From assembly GCA_040954595.2 (NCBI GenBank), contig CM082584.2, forward strand, positions 5,398,110 to 5,462,109: 64,000 nucleotides of DNA. Direction: 5' to 3'. Source of the stretch: Balanoglossus misakiensis (taxonomy: Eukaryota; Animalia; Hemichordata). The notes under the pieces are model-generated. The model was given only the letters and a program-made list of their open reading frames with translations, was not told the DNA's origin and ran no database searches. The translations under genes were made by a program, and so were the position numbers. Shown in pieces: positions 26,849 through 41,100 of the stretch; the stretch's first letter is position 1, and each line of letters starts with the position of its first letter.

Positions 26849-29089
26849 CACTGCTAAAGGCATAATTGATGTGTTCTGATGTTACGCCAATAAAGGTTGG
26901 GAGCCCAATGTTGCTCCACAAGCACTTGTATTTGGCAATGACTTATTTGCTTACATAATTACATGATAGAAAATCACATTGTTGCATTTTAACATTACAG
27001 ATCACAAGCACACTTTATCCTTGCAATATGTGTCGTATGTAATAATGTATTTTTGAGTCACAATATCAGCTGTTGGTTTCACTCGAAATTTACAAAAAAA
27101 CTATGCTGCAAGATCGATGTCAGCGAATATTGTGTCTAGAAGATTTATAAAATGTTTCTTGTATCCACCGTTATCTATTTTACTGTTCTGCCACAGAAAG
27201 GCTGTTTCCATTTGAAGGCTTTTGACAACATTAGTGTGTAGTGCAATACCATCCATTTACCAGTTAATTTGTATGTTGTATTTTCTTTTCTTTTAATAGC
27301 TCCATCCATGTCATAGAAATAATAGGTTACTGATGGAAAGTTTCATTCTTGTACATCATTGTGTTCTCTAACAAACAAAATGTCTATCAGTTTGAAGCAA
27401 TTTGAACAGAAACTCTAGAATGTTTTAACAGTTTCATTGGATCAGCAAACCTGTGAATCTGTTGTTTTGATAACAATGAAGATGGCATTTTGATCACTGC
27501 AATATCATGGTGACATTGTAAGTCTACCACTGCATCAGTCACAAGTCGTTTTGACTGGAGATCACATTGATACACAGATGTTTGCCCATCATTGTAGCCA
27601 TGCAGTTAGTAATTATTGTTACCAGCATGCAGCTTTACCTGTTACAGATTAAGTTTTCAGTAGTACATGTATGACCGTAGTTTATCAAGTCGCCCGGTAA
27701 AGAGGAATATATTTGTCATGATCCCCTCTCATAGCTGCACTTTTATAACCTGCAAATTCATGAGGTGAGTTCATGTTTGAAGGTTTTCCCAACACAATCT
27801 TTGGACAACACGCTGGAAGTTTATAGAAGTACAGCTATCCCTCTGAGTTTATTTCTAGCTTTGCCGTCAGTGATATATAGAGCTTTTCAGATATGTTGAT
27901 TGTCCATCGCTGCCATTCCTTATCCATCAACGATTGAGGTTTTAGAAATCGCTCCATATAGTTGTGATATTCCATTATCCAGGTCCCCAGATATGATCTG
28001 AGTCAGACTTGATAATGTTTTGATAAGATCTCGAAGTATTGTATTATGGGGCAATTTTTTGCAAAAAACTTAGAATGCATTTGTGCAATTGCTTTGAAAT
28101 TTGGGATGCAAGTTTCTAGAGGTCAGATCAGATTTCTTCTAATTATAGTGAACTCTGCCGGGTATTTCAAGTGAAATTCTTTGTGAGAGAATGGAAACTG
28201 TAAATTGGTGTGGATGGCTGTGTGTAATTGTACTTTCACATTTGTTGAAACTTTATAAAAGAAACAGTATAGAGCTGAGACAAAATAGCACTGGCAGTTG
28301 AGGACATTTTCCCCTTGGGTGGATAAGAACAAAAGCTTAGCATTTTGTCCTAGTGGCAATTGTAAATTATTTTGTAAACTCAACAATAAATGATTGTATT
28401 GTTGTCAAAGGTATTAGTCAATCTTCACGAGCATTTCAGTCATCGTAGCTAAGTAATCACTCAAATCTCTAAATAATATATATGGATCTGTGAAACCGCT
28501 TTTGCATAGTTTTATTAAAGATAAAAAATGTACAAAATTGTTGCCATCTGGGAAAATCTCTAAGACCTTTGAAATCGAAACAGTTCCTGGTCTTTGGGGA
28601 TCTACTTATACTTATTTGTTCAAATTGACAATTGTCTTTATGGGTTTCTAAAAAAAAACTTTCTTAAAAAACTCTCAAATGTTCAGTTGGGTCAACTTTG
28701 TGATGTTTATACAAATTCTTTACATTATTTGTTCCCAATACTGTAATATGTGAAATATTACAGCAGAACTCTACTAGCCACTAGGTTACTGGTTAGGATT
28801 TGATCCAAATGCTTACTGTTTTCATGGAAACTATTTTCAAGTTATCTTTAGAAATGGGTTACATTTTCTTGATGGTTCACTCTTCAGATTTTTATGGAGT
28901 TCCACCTATATTGATGTTTGATGAGTTCAACAAAGCCAAATTTGCTTTGTAACGGTGATAGACATTATGTAGAGAGAAGTCATATTCACGGTGTCATTAT
29001 GTTGCTGTATCAGCCAAAGTCTAACCGTAAATGATGATAGGCCAACATAACTTGAAATGTCATATCTGGCACTTGTTTTGTTGGCATGA

Positions 29090-29182
29090 TTAACCCTTTC
29101 ACCACAATGGTTTGGTCCAAATCCATTGTTTTCTATGGTAAAGTTGGAGCTCCAAAGAAGGAACTGGGGGTGAAAGGGTTAA
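29090..29182. mobile_element. piggyBac-like ~90 bp MITE copy
   Basis: TTAA|CCCTTTCACC...GGTGAAAGGG|TTAA, intact TIR and TSD. Confidence 0.8.
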
Positions 29183-30122
29183 GGATGCCTTGTCACTACC
29201 AGAGGTTACCAGCATGGCATGGCATGGCATTGTTTTTGCTGACACAACAAGAAAATTGTTGTTATCAGGCATTGCCAGAGCATGATTCTAGAATGTTACC
29301 ATCTCTTGCTTAATAATTTATCATCATATAATCAGAATGCCATGCCGTTGAACAATGAACTCAGCATAATACTACACCTAGTCCATGTTATAATTTTGGT
29401 ATATAAACTCAAGAACAATTCAGACAAAGTCTGATTTCTTGACATGCACACTGGCAGGCAGATGTTGCTATTTCCTTACAGTTACTTGATATTTTAGGAG
29501 ACACTCGATGTACGAGATAAATTAAACATGAACGCAGTTTCTTGCGAATATTCTCATCAAAAGCCAAAAACGTTCATTTATATTTTCTTGAGAGAACTCC
29601 AGTTGTTTAATTGTTTGCGTTCATGAAGGTAGAGGTTTATTCAATCTTTAAGAGTACTTATTGTTCACAAATGCATGACAAACCCAATGTGTATCATTTT
29701 CATCATTATACATCTTGTGTTGACAGAATATTTTGCATGTTTTTTTTTTTTATGAATATGGTAGATGATGTCAATGCTATCCTTTTTCATGCTTTGTACA
29801 TATTTATCTAAACAGAAATTAAAAAAATGGTTACATCGATTTTCTGACAATACATTCTTGCCTTTATGTCTGTTGACCGAACTAGGTTGTTTATTTCAAT
29901 GTTGTCAACGCTGAAGAAAAGCCCTCTGTCAGAATGTGGCTTTGTCCACCCACTATCAGTACAGTGTAAAGAAGCAGCCCATATCTGTTAATTGCAGAAG
30001 TTATGCCCCCCAGACTAGAAGGCCTGTGTGAGAATGTGGCTTTTTCAAGTGACTGTCACTCACACGGGATTAACCCCTATATAAACATTGCATTGTCAGC
30101 TGATCTGCCTATGATCAATAAT

Positions 30123-30257
30123 GGACCACTTCGTGGATAGAATAACGCAGGGGGTTGTGGGTCAGTTTGCGTTCTGAGGTGCGCGTGCGTTAGACGCTAT
30201 GTTGAACGCAAATTATACCATCATGCATTGCAGATACCCTATCCGCGAACTGGTCTA
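30123..30257. mobile_element. Small MITE-like element
   Basis: Imperfect TIR GACCACTTCGTGGATAG ... CTATCCGCGAACTGGTC. Confidence 0.5.
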
Positions 30258-30429
30258 TGTGAGCATGATTTCAGAGAAGTAGGGCATTGGCAAAGCCCAG
30301 GAGACTTTGATCTCTTCATTCAACATTTTACACTATAGAGAGCCATGGATATTTTCAAACAAAACTGACATTCAGAAGTGTGTAGTAAGGACAAACTATG
30401 TAATTATAATCTCACATTTTTATTTCACA

Positions 30430-30790
30430 CAGGAATATTTTACATCAAATATGTTCTTCAGGTTAAAAAGAGCTCTTGCCTGTCTCAGAAATTCTGGGCT
30501 AGATTTAGAAATCAAGAAAGGTAGAGCCCAGGGTAATGTTCTCAAAGATAGAATATTTAAAATTTGTGACTTGCAGGAAATAGAGCATAAATATTACTTT
30601 ATATATATATGCCCCTTATATCAGAATTTAATACTCCAATATTTATCACAATGGTCTTATTCAAAGCCAACTCTTGATAAAAGTTTAATTCATTATTGTC
30701 ATCCTCTAACGATTCAGTCACTGTCACGCTGGCTTTGTTTGTATACAAAGCGGATAAACCGAGAAAAAAATTGTTCTAAACGTATTATGT
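30430..30790 (+). mobile_element. Decayed non-LTR retrotransposon ORF2 C-terminal fragment (RTEX-like Cys/His region)
   Basis: KRALACLRNSGLDLEIKKGR..DRIFKICDLQEIEHKYYFIYICPLYQNL resembles the LINE motif R.S.H.LEIE.GR..RICK.C..IEDEYHF...CPLY..LR, with key residues eroded. Confidence 0.7.
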
Positions 30791-31260
30791 ACTCTTTTTC
30801 TTGTATTTCTGTACTTCCACTGTAAATTGTGATTTTGGCCAGTCGCCTTTAAGACCACAAAAATTATTAAACAAATCGTCCACTCACTTTCAGAGAAGAT
30901 TGTTAAAACCAAAAATGTGGAAATAGACAATAAAATCCTCACAAAAAATAGAAAATTCAAGATATTAGCTCAAAACATATGAGGTTGAAAAAAGGTACTG
31001 CAATTTTCAAAGCAAGTACCCATTAGTTGACTTTCTGAGTTTTGACCAATTTCACATTTTTTCAGCAGCTCATTTGCATATTTTTGGAATGATAACTTGA
31101 ACAGCCCAGCCTGCATCTACATGTACACAGCAAACATCAAGGTAAAATGCGCAGCCGTTTTCAAGTTTTTGATGTGCACACTCATCCCATAAGTTCCAGC
31201 CTATACCAAATGAGACCTAAAAAAACAAAGGCTATATAAAAACACACTTTGAAGTATTGA

Positions 31261-34200
31261 CTATTGCTTCGTTATTGTTTTAAGATGTAAAGTTGCACTG
31301 GGGACAAGTCCACACTCTTCAAGAGTCGCATTGTTATCCCTGTAAGTTTTGTTTGGAAAAGTTGTCAGGATATCGTACTTGGAGGAACTGCTGGCCCTGA
31401 AAAAAGAGAGATAGAAACAGATCAGCTGTGAAGAATAAAACACTGTGTAGTGATTCAGATTGAATCTGAATCAATTATTCATTAGTCACCATGCATGGAC
31501 ATAATCTGGGTATCAACTTAACCCCTTCACCCCCAGTTCCCTCTTTAGAGGTCCAACCCTGCCATAGAAAACAATGGGTTTGGACCGAACCATGGTGGTG
31601 AAAGGGTTAAAATAAGGTTTATCTGAGTGCATGCTCAAGCAGTCATACCAAAGCAAATCAATATTCTGAATTCATTTAAGAAATCTGTGACTTTCTGTTC
31701 ACATGGGAGATAGCCAGATTTCAGTGAGCAATCTTTGCTGGATACTAAAAGCAGAATGATATGTAATATATTCCACACACCTCTGTTCATTCAAGTACTG
31801 TCTAAGATCGCCAACTGTGTCGCTAAATTTCATTTTCAATATATATGTTTTCGCTCCTGTCTTAATTCTGAGTGTTGTCACATCTCTGGCTGATTTGGGG
31901 CGAGGTGAAGATGGGTTCTCAACCCTTGATCTCATTTCTTTCAATACAGGAGTCTCAACCACAGTTATATCTGCATGACCTGCATCAGCCTAGAAAAGAT
32001 AAAGTTATATTAAAGTTGATTTGAATAGATAATTATTTCATCTGTCAGCAGTTTCATTCACAAGAATAGACAAGAATTAGTGTATTACAGCAGTGACGTA
32101 ATACACATCAATTTCAATTTTTCACATTGAGACAAGTTCAATTCTCTCATTTCACTTGGTTTATAGTCAATATGAACATACGGGTACTAGTACTTACGGT
32201 AACTGAAAATTGTAGTACCAAGCCTGACTAATGAGTTTATTGCACAGAGAAATCTTCTTTCCCATTTACTTTATCTGGTACATTGTACCGGTATATCTAT
32301 AAACCAACCACTTGCCTCTCACACCATGCATGCTTTCTCAGTTCTTACAACTCAATGGTATTTTCTACATGTAGTATCTTCTTGTGCACACAGAATCAGT
32401 TGAGAAAAAAGAAGATAGCATTCATTACAGTGTGTGTTGTGTCACAATTACCTGCAGAGTTTCACCCAAAGATGACCTCACATCAATCACTTTGCCTTCT
32501 TTGATGACAGATTTGGGTAATTTGGACAGGAACTGTTCAACTGTAAGTTGTGGTACTGAAAAGGGGAAAAGGGGGGAAAGTGTCATGACAGCTGTATTCT
32601 TCTGTGTGAAGGTTTAGGAGAATATTTTTTGACCAAAAATGAAAATTTCTGATATCAGAATTGAATTGAATTGAATTGAATTGAAACAAACTGTCAGACA
32701 GACAGGCAAACATATATACATACATTCATGATAATGAAGATGGTAAACGATAAAGATGATAAACAATACACAAAGACATTAAGAATACCTGGTACATCAC
32801 TGGTAACTCGTAATGAATGGTTGTCATCATACTTTGTGTTTGTTGATTTGTTTGTTGATCTGGCTATATTACTTGGTATCAACACTGACGGTTTCTGTTC
32901 ACCTCCAAGTACTTGACCAATGCCAGGGAAATGTTCTCTGCGTCTCTTATCATCAAATAACATTTCTCTCCTATCTGTCACCTGGGTAGACAAAGCAACT
33001 GGGTTATCAATTTTATTGTCATAAACCTTTATGATACATTTGCTATAGACTCGTCAATATTTCAATCTACTATGTCAAGTAGATGGTGTATGATATTCCA
33101 ATACACGTACTGATACAGTAGACAACTGTAAAAAATCCGCTTATTGCTAAATACGTTTTGCAACAGAATAAAAACCTTCTGCAGTCTACATTTATTTTAA
33201 GCGAAGGGGAGGTGTTATAAATTTGTGATTACTACTAGTATGCACGACTATGAGGTAGTAAATAGTCAAAAGACATGGAGGTTTGTTCAGTGTAAGCAAC
33301 TGAATGGCAAATTTAATTACACTCACCAAGATAGGAATCCCTTCCGGATATCTTGGTTGAAGTTCAGATGGAAAGTATCCATCCATTAAATCTTGCACAC
33401 ATCGCTGTATAAAGCAAACCATAGAAAATGTAGTCATTAGAAAATAGCGCTGATAGCACTGTAGCTACTATAGACTTAGAAGGTCAAAATATACACAGCA
33501 AAATACAAGATGGCAGGGACAAAGGACTGCTGACAAGTTCCTAATATGACAAAACAATTGTTCATGTAATGCTCACACTTTAATACAAATGTTAACGTAC
33601 CGGTAGGTACGTACATACATACACATATAAATACATAATGACAGACATGCTGATGACAGATGTCAGACATAAAACCATTGCTAAAGCAAGCAATAGACTA
33701 TAGCTAGCTTTACTGCATGAGAAAATTCGAGTGCTGCTTTTAAGCTTGGTTGCCAGAGAATCATTAATTTTTCAACCATACATCATGCATCATCATCATC
33801 ATCATACAGTTTCTGTAAATGTTATAAAAATGTTCCATAAACACCAATCCAGTTAATACTACGTAAATGGAATTAACAGACACTCTGTTTTCTTGACCAA
33901 ATGTCCAAAATTTGAAAACTGGTTAGTCAATTAACTGAGATTGCTTGATATAATTTATGTCCTGGAAGACCAGAAATTCCATACACTTACCTGTGTCTCT
34001 TTTCCATCATATGATCTGAATGGTCCATTAAACATAAATATACCATTTGCATATAACGTCAATGTTATTGGTTCAGGGGCTCTTAATCTGGCGCCCCCTA
34101 TAGTCTTCTGTACTCGTTGAACCCCTTCACCTGCTAGTATATTCAACTCTTTGACATTTTCAATGATTTTATCAAAATCTACGTGAAAATCTGGAGGAAC

Positions 34201-37152
34201 TGAGGTACCTGGAAAAGGAAGAAAATTCCAAAGCAAAGGTTAGCTAACCATGGTTACTGTATTCACATTAGAAGTCATGGCTAACTTTTACAGGTGTTAC
34301 AGTTTGCTGGTATCTATACAAATGAGACCATATCCAACATACACAGATTCCGGAACTTATTGGTCACATCTGTCAATCGGATCACTATGACAGCAAATTG
34401 AACCCATGTAAGCAATGCAAGTCTTACCAGGTCTCCACACATCTCCATCTCCATTCTCCTCATCTGATGACGGTAACATTTCATATTCGTTGTCAACTTT
34501 TCTCGCTTTTGAACTGTCACCAACCCAGATCATTCCATAGTCTGCTAAGAAATCCTGCATGAAAGACAAAAACAGAACAGAAATGTGTCAAGAGCAACAG
34601 GGTGATCTCACAAATAAATTTGTTTACATGGTAGTATAGTAGATTGTCCTGTGATCAACATTTCTTCATACATGAACTTTGACCACAAAAACACATTTTG
34701 GCAGTGGTATTTCCATAGTTTTTTGCTTTTGAATTAATGATTTATTAAAATATTCCTATATACTGGGTACTCTTGCTGTTACTGTGTGACTCAAATCTGT
34801 CTCACATTTCTGCATATTTTGATGAAATTCCAATCTTTCAGTTTCACATTTCATTCAAGTGGGCAAGGCTTAATCTAAAAATCCATCCATGTTAGTTTGT
34901 TTGAAGCACACAAAAACTGAAAGTGTACTGGTATTTCAAATACCGTAGTCTGTGAATGAAAAGTACACACTTGGTTTATTAGTGCCCTCGCCATGAAGTC
35001 AGGAAAATTGTTTGAAAACATTACCTCCATTTCAAGTACTTGATCCTGCAAAGAAAGACATTTTTCTTCTAATTCTCTGACGCGAGCCGAGTCTTCACTT
35101 TGCCCACCTACAAGAGAAATGGGGTCATAAAATGTAGAGATATACCTGTAATATTTGAATACCTGTTTTGTAAGATATCATGTAAATCACTTTTTAGTTC
35201 CCAATCAGAAAAGAAGAGATTGATGCAGTCCCACCTTTATACTTGCCGAGTAGAAGACATTTTTCTTCGAGAATCTTGATTTTTTTGTCCTGCAAGAAGA
35301 AAGCAAGCAATTAATGCAACAGACATTTACAGATTGATGGCTACAAAAACTTTGATATTGGGAAAGAAAATCACCTGGCATGTTGTCTGTATTTGTAATC
35401 TCCATAATAAAAGATACAATATTTGAACAATGTTGGTTGACAGACTACATAATTATTGTAACTCTCTGTTGTTAAATTCGGGATACCCAGATGTTTTCAT
35501 CCAACAGTCCTCATCCTTGGATGTTGACGAAATATCACAAAGGATGTCACATGTTGCACTACACTGGGGTTGGGGTTGGGGTGGGGTGGTGATGCTGTAT
35601 GCTTTGGAGTCAATCTACTTGGTGTTGAAATAACTGCATTTGACAATAAACTCATTATGCATAGATGCAGGTACATATATGTACTATGAGTCACAAAAAC
35701 AGCAAAGAAGAACTCGACTCCCGGTATAATTTCTATCGTGAAGAAAATTTTGCCCTGTAAAAGGTCGATTTAATCAACTAGGTACATGTACTTACTTTCT
35801 CGATGATTTCTTTGGCATAAAACGTTATTTTCTTCTCAAGCAGAGCAATTCTGCTCATCATGCTTGTCATCAGATCATAATCAGTTGGTGCTGTAAAGAA
35901 CATAGTGAAATATGAACCAACAAAACTCAATAAAATTGCCATGTGAAAAAATTATGCTAGAAGGTACTAACTGTAATATGTATCTAATGAATATCTAAGT
36001 TTGAACAATTGAAGAAAATCGGCCAGTGCCTTTTGATTTTGGCAATAATTTTAACATAACAATTTTGTTTACTGTTATGAAAATAAGCCATGACACTATT
36101 AATAGACGTGCCTTGAGAGTTCAATGATGTTGTCTTCAGCATCTGTATGTTGCATAAAAGCTACCTGATCTTCTTGAGCATATTGTTCTATTGAAACCAT
36201 GGGTCATTACAAATAATATAAATTGTCAAAGAATTCTGAAAATTTACAAGAACATTTTTTTCCATTACAACATTTAGTTTGAATACCAACTTACGTGAGT
36301 TTGATATTGAAGATGCTGTACTACTTAATTTGGGCAACTGAAGTCCTGGTGACATACTTGTATCTCTGCTTCTGCTGGTGTAATTGTCATGGCGGCTGTA
36401 ATTACTTTGTCTTGAACTTGTAATATCTGCTAGAAGTCTGTCGTCATCTTCTGTTGAAGACATACACAGAAAACACAATGTCACTTGTGTGATTTAACCC
36501 CCCAGACATCAATGTCATGTTCTGACTATGTAACTGGTAATGAGCCTGCAGACGCAAATCTGTCCACAAAATAGCTTAAATCAAGTGGGGCAGTTACATG
36601 TACATGTATACCAAAAGAGTTGACCAAACACCACAAATGTGACAAATAGAAAAGACCAAAAACAAATACAGAACACTGGGGAGGGGGGGGGGGGGGGTGT
36701 TTACCCTGGCTTGAATGCAATGCTGGTGGCCAGTAATTTTGAATACTTGATGAGCTTGAATGCTAATTATATTGCAGGGATTTCAATATCTGTGTCATAT
36801 GTTTCATCAATATTGATGTACTATTCTTTAGTTTAAATTATATGAACCTGCTAAAAATCTGTCATACAACTACATGTACCCCTAATGTATATTGAAAGAT
36901 TCTAAACGGACAACTTACCAGAGTAAGTAGGTACACGGAATGGCACTGACCTTTGCCTGAAATACAAAAACACAATACCTACAATTATCAATTATCTCAT
37001 GAGATCAACGCTGAAGCATCGAATCATATAGAGTTACATCATGTGTCTGTGGGAAATAGAGAAAGACCCAGTGCAGTAAAGGTTACTTACCCACGACCGC
37101 CAGGCAAGGCAGCTTTCTTAGACTTCTTCAGGTTTGACAAAGGACTGCTCAT
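31261..37152 (-). CDS. UBXN11: UBX domain protein 11 (Socius; coiled coil, SEP and UBX domains; p97/VCP adaptor), ~517 aa, 13 coding exons
   Basis: Exons 37091-37152 (MSSPLSNLKKSKKAALP), 36919-36956, 36295-36450, 35796-35890, 35235-35289, 35025-35107, 34428-34554 (DFLADYGMIWVG), 33991-34208 (LTLYANGIFMFNGPFRSY, SEP), 33327-33404 (DLMDGYFPSELQPRYPEG), 32789-32981, 32452-32555, 31781-31989, 31261-31396 (TTFPNKTY..TLEECGLVPSATLHL, UBX). All in frame. Confidence 0.93.
31518..31610. mobile_element. piggyBac-like ~90 bp MITE copy
   Basis: TTAA|CCCCTTCACC...GGTGAAAGGG|TTAA. Confidence 0.8.
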
Positions 37153-37191
37153 TTTTATCATGTACGGTTAGATATTCACCTTCCTTGACGC

Positions 37192-37205
37192 GTTGGCATA
37201 GAAAC
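37192..37205. promoter_or_regulatory. RFX X-box-like motif upstream of UBXN11
   Basis: GTTTCTATGCCAAC on the minus strand, 40 bp 5' of the ATG, one mismatch from GTTTCTATGGCAAC. Confidence 0.45.
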
Positions 37206-38167
37206 AAACTTCTCGACGCGAAGTTTACACTACCTGGATTCAGAGTGTGCACCGTACGAGAGTTTGGTCATTATATCAGCACTGTGTCAAAGCTGTACGA
37301 TACCAAACTTATTAAGACAGTTTCCCGATGGTTATGCACCTTGAATGCCTAGCGGTATCACGAAGAATCACCTTTGGCTGATCATGGATACCATTCACGT
37401 TGAAGATGTTGACACCGCGTCCGAAGACTTGTTGTCGCCATTTTGTTTGCCCTCAGGTGTTGAAAAACTGGCGAACTTTTGTTTATGACTCATTTCGTCT
37501 TATCTGCGCGGAAGGGCGCCGTCTACACCGTCTATGACCTTTTGAAATATAACACAGTGAAAACATGTTTTGTTTTGGTATTACTTTTATTCTTAAGGAT
37601 CGGGAATAAGAAACCAGGCGTTTTTCGGTCGATTTTACAAAAAAACTCTTCTTTGAATGTGGCCTTAGGCCAAAAAAAAAACAATAATAATACGACATCG
37701 TTATTTTTACTTCTGGGTTTACGAAGCTCTAAAAAGTTTAGGGTCGACGGGTTAAAATTAGGGTAGGTCAGGTAATAGGAACAGCACACATTTCTTTATT
37801 GACCTTATCAATGTGCTTAATGTAAATTTCAAAATTAACATTACTTTTCCCATAAATTTGCCCAAAACAAACCACAACATATATCGGACATAGAATCTGT
37901 GCGTTAATTTGGTAAACATTGTCTGATTCACCTGCATAAAGTTTTATGCAATTTACTTGTCTTGGAACCTTAACTTGAATGTATACTGCTTACAATATGT
38001 GTTCGTCATCACCTTCTAGTATTACTTTCGTGTCACACTATATAATGTAACCACGAGTATAATCAAAGTTACTAAAAATGCTACTGTTTGATAAGTAATA
38101 TTCAAAGTTTTCTTTGCAAATCTATCAATCAAGTACTAGGCTCTGCATATCTGGTCTGGCTACCAGT

Positions 38168-41100
38168 CTATGGTTTCTGTGGTAGTTTGATGGTGACCTG
38201 AAACGACATCCATAAGTCTGAAGTTAGTATTTCTGACATGGATACAAGAATGTAATACAAGAAGAATGATTAAAAGAATTATTAAAGTTGGACCTCTATA
38301 GAGGGAACCAGGGGTGAAAGGGTTAAAGTGCGTCAACTTACAGTCTTAATCTCAGTGTACTCATCAAGTCCGTATTCACCACTGAAATGAAACAAGATAT
38401 TAATCAAATTTCAGACATCCAAGTACAATAAAAATCAAGACAACAAGCAATGTATCCTGATGCAGATAGGGTTTCTTATTTTGTTTTCTTAAAATGTCTA
38501 TCCAGAAAGATATGTGTTTGCACTGTTAATTGCTTCACTTTCAAGTATTTGAATTATCAACTACTTGGCTACTATAAAAGCTTATATTTTCTTCAATCCA
38601 AAGCCAAAGTTGCCTATCATGGACATGCAGGTGGTCATGTGAAAGAAAGCAAACGCTAAAAGGCACTCAATTATAGCAAGTTTTTTTGAAGAGTAAAACT
38701 TACAGTTCTCGTCCACTGCCTGACATTTTGAATCCACCAAATGGTGATTGGGGACTAACAGCATTGTAACAATTCACCCTGACAAAAACAACACACAATG
38801 GTTAAAGGTACATGTACACAGCCACTTTCAATTTACACACACCCATATATGGTGGCGCTCTTTTTTTCGCCTTTGCCCCCCACTGAAAATCTGTGATTGG
38901 CTAGATCTCAAGTTGCCATGGTAACTTTAGCTAAATTTGCATAGGTGACCGTATACCTTTAAATTTGAAAGTAATAAAATTTACAAAGTACCAAGCGATA
39001 AATATGTTATTGACAAACATAACTATACCTGGTAAAATGTAATTAGGTTATCAAATATAATGATCCATTTTCCACTCATAGTGGACACTATTAGAACTAA
39101 TCTATATCATTTAAATAGTAAAAATAAAAGACCAAAAATAAACGACCAAAAATAGAAGACCAAATATATAAATATACAACCATCAGAAATAAACTAATAG
39201 AGAGTTTATGCAGTTCTTACCAAACAGATCCTGCTTGCAAGGCATTGCTGATTGTCAGAGCTTTGTCAATGTCTTTTGTGAAAACTGCAGCAGCAAGTCC
39301 ATAATGAGTCTTGTTGGCTCTTTCAATGACCTCATCGATGTCCTTGAACTTCATGATTTGTTGCACAGGACCAAAGATCTAGGTTAGAAACAAAATTAAT
39401 CATAATATACAGTCAAACCTCTGTAAGTGGCCACCTCTATATAGTGGACACTTTGTTATAGTCCCTGTGCAATATAATTGACCTGTCTATAATGGTCACC
39501 TGTCTATAAAGACCAGTTTAGGAAAGTCCCTTGACTGGTCACTATATACAGGTTTTACTGTACAAGACACGTCCAGCAAAACTTAAGCAGATCTTGATCT
39601 TATCATGACAATACTATATACATGTATTGTTCTCATGTTGTGAGTGGAAAAAAAACTGTTTACGGACAGACAGACGGACACAGGCAATGCAACAACATAG
39701 TACACATTTGGCACTTTGTACTAGTGTCAAATAAGACGACAAATCTATTTGCAAGTGTCTTCAGGGTTAAATGATGTTGACATCTGAACAGAAGGAATAT
39801 TATGTATTTCTTTGCTTAGTTACATGTTTTAATCTGTATTATTTTTTTTTAATTCACTATTTTGGGTAGTGACGCATTTGTATAATTTACCTCTTCCTTA
39901 GCAATACGCATCTCATCCTTTACATCCGAGAAAACTGTACTCTCGATGAAGTAACCTTTGTCTCCATGGCGACCACCACCACATTCCAATTTGGCTCCTT
40001 CTTTCTTGCCACTTTCAATCAGTTCTAATATCTTGTCAAACTGGACGTCACTAATCTGCCAAAAAAGAATCAATGAAAGTTAAGCATGCAGATTTGCATA
40101 CATTTTCCATTATTTTAAGACCGGCGATCGTCTTATGCGCATCTTCATAATTTTGTTTGTACAAACATTATGTCCAATCCAATTGTTCTGCAAATTATGC
40201 GTTCGACGCATTCAAATAGTGGACTGCCTTAATCGCTTCCTTCCATATTTCATGTGCACCGTATAAGTAGACTTTATTTTGTCAGGCCTTTCACCAAATT
40301 TGCTGTCTTTTCCTGATCTCTGACACAGACTATGGTCGCCGCCATCTTGTCTGTTGTTAGGACAGCACACTGACCTTATTGGATTGACTGTATACAATTT
40401 TTGTAACCAGACTCTCTGGTTTGGCACATGCGCATAATATGATTGTCGCCCTTTAAAGAATGCCTAATCATCCAATCATCATTTCTGTTCTAGGCAAACA
40501 ATTCTTATTAAGTCACTAACCTGGGGACCAGACTCATTCTTGCTGTCAAACGGATCACCAATAGTACGTTTCTGGGCTCTTGCGACACTCTTCTTGACAA
40601 ACTCATCGTATATGTCTTCCTGTACAAAGGTGCGAGAGCCAGCCACACACACTTGTCCCATGTTATTGAACAAGGCAAGATGAGCATTCTCCACAGCGAA
40701 GTCCACTGCAATTCAACAAGAAGAAAATATCTAGTGTAACTGGAAGTGTAATAGTGGTGTTCACACTGGCAACATTCAAGTAGGACCTAGTCCGGGCTAA
40801 ATAGATTTGGTCCGTGCCAACACTATACTGAACCTGAATAAAGTTTGGCCTACAGTTTTCTAACCTCACTGGTCTTAAACAACAGCACTCTGACACTACA
40901 GTTTACAGGTTTCTTGCAATCTTTAATTACAAGAATTAAGGGCCGCAATTTAATTTAGAGTGGCATGTTATGTGCAATCAATGTAAAACTTAACTCACTT
41001 TCAACATCAGACAATATGATGTTAGGGCTCTTTCCACCAAGTTCAAGGGTCACTCTCTTCAGATTTGACTTCCCAGAAGCTTGCTGAATCAATCTCCCAA

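Noticed and set aside
27380-28010. Possible exon-like sequence downstream of RANBP3
   Set aside because: No sustained ORF or recognisable protein; probably 3' UTR or old repeat.
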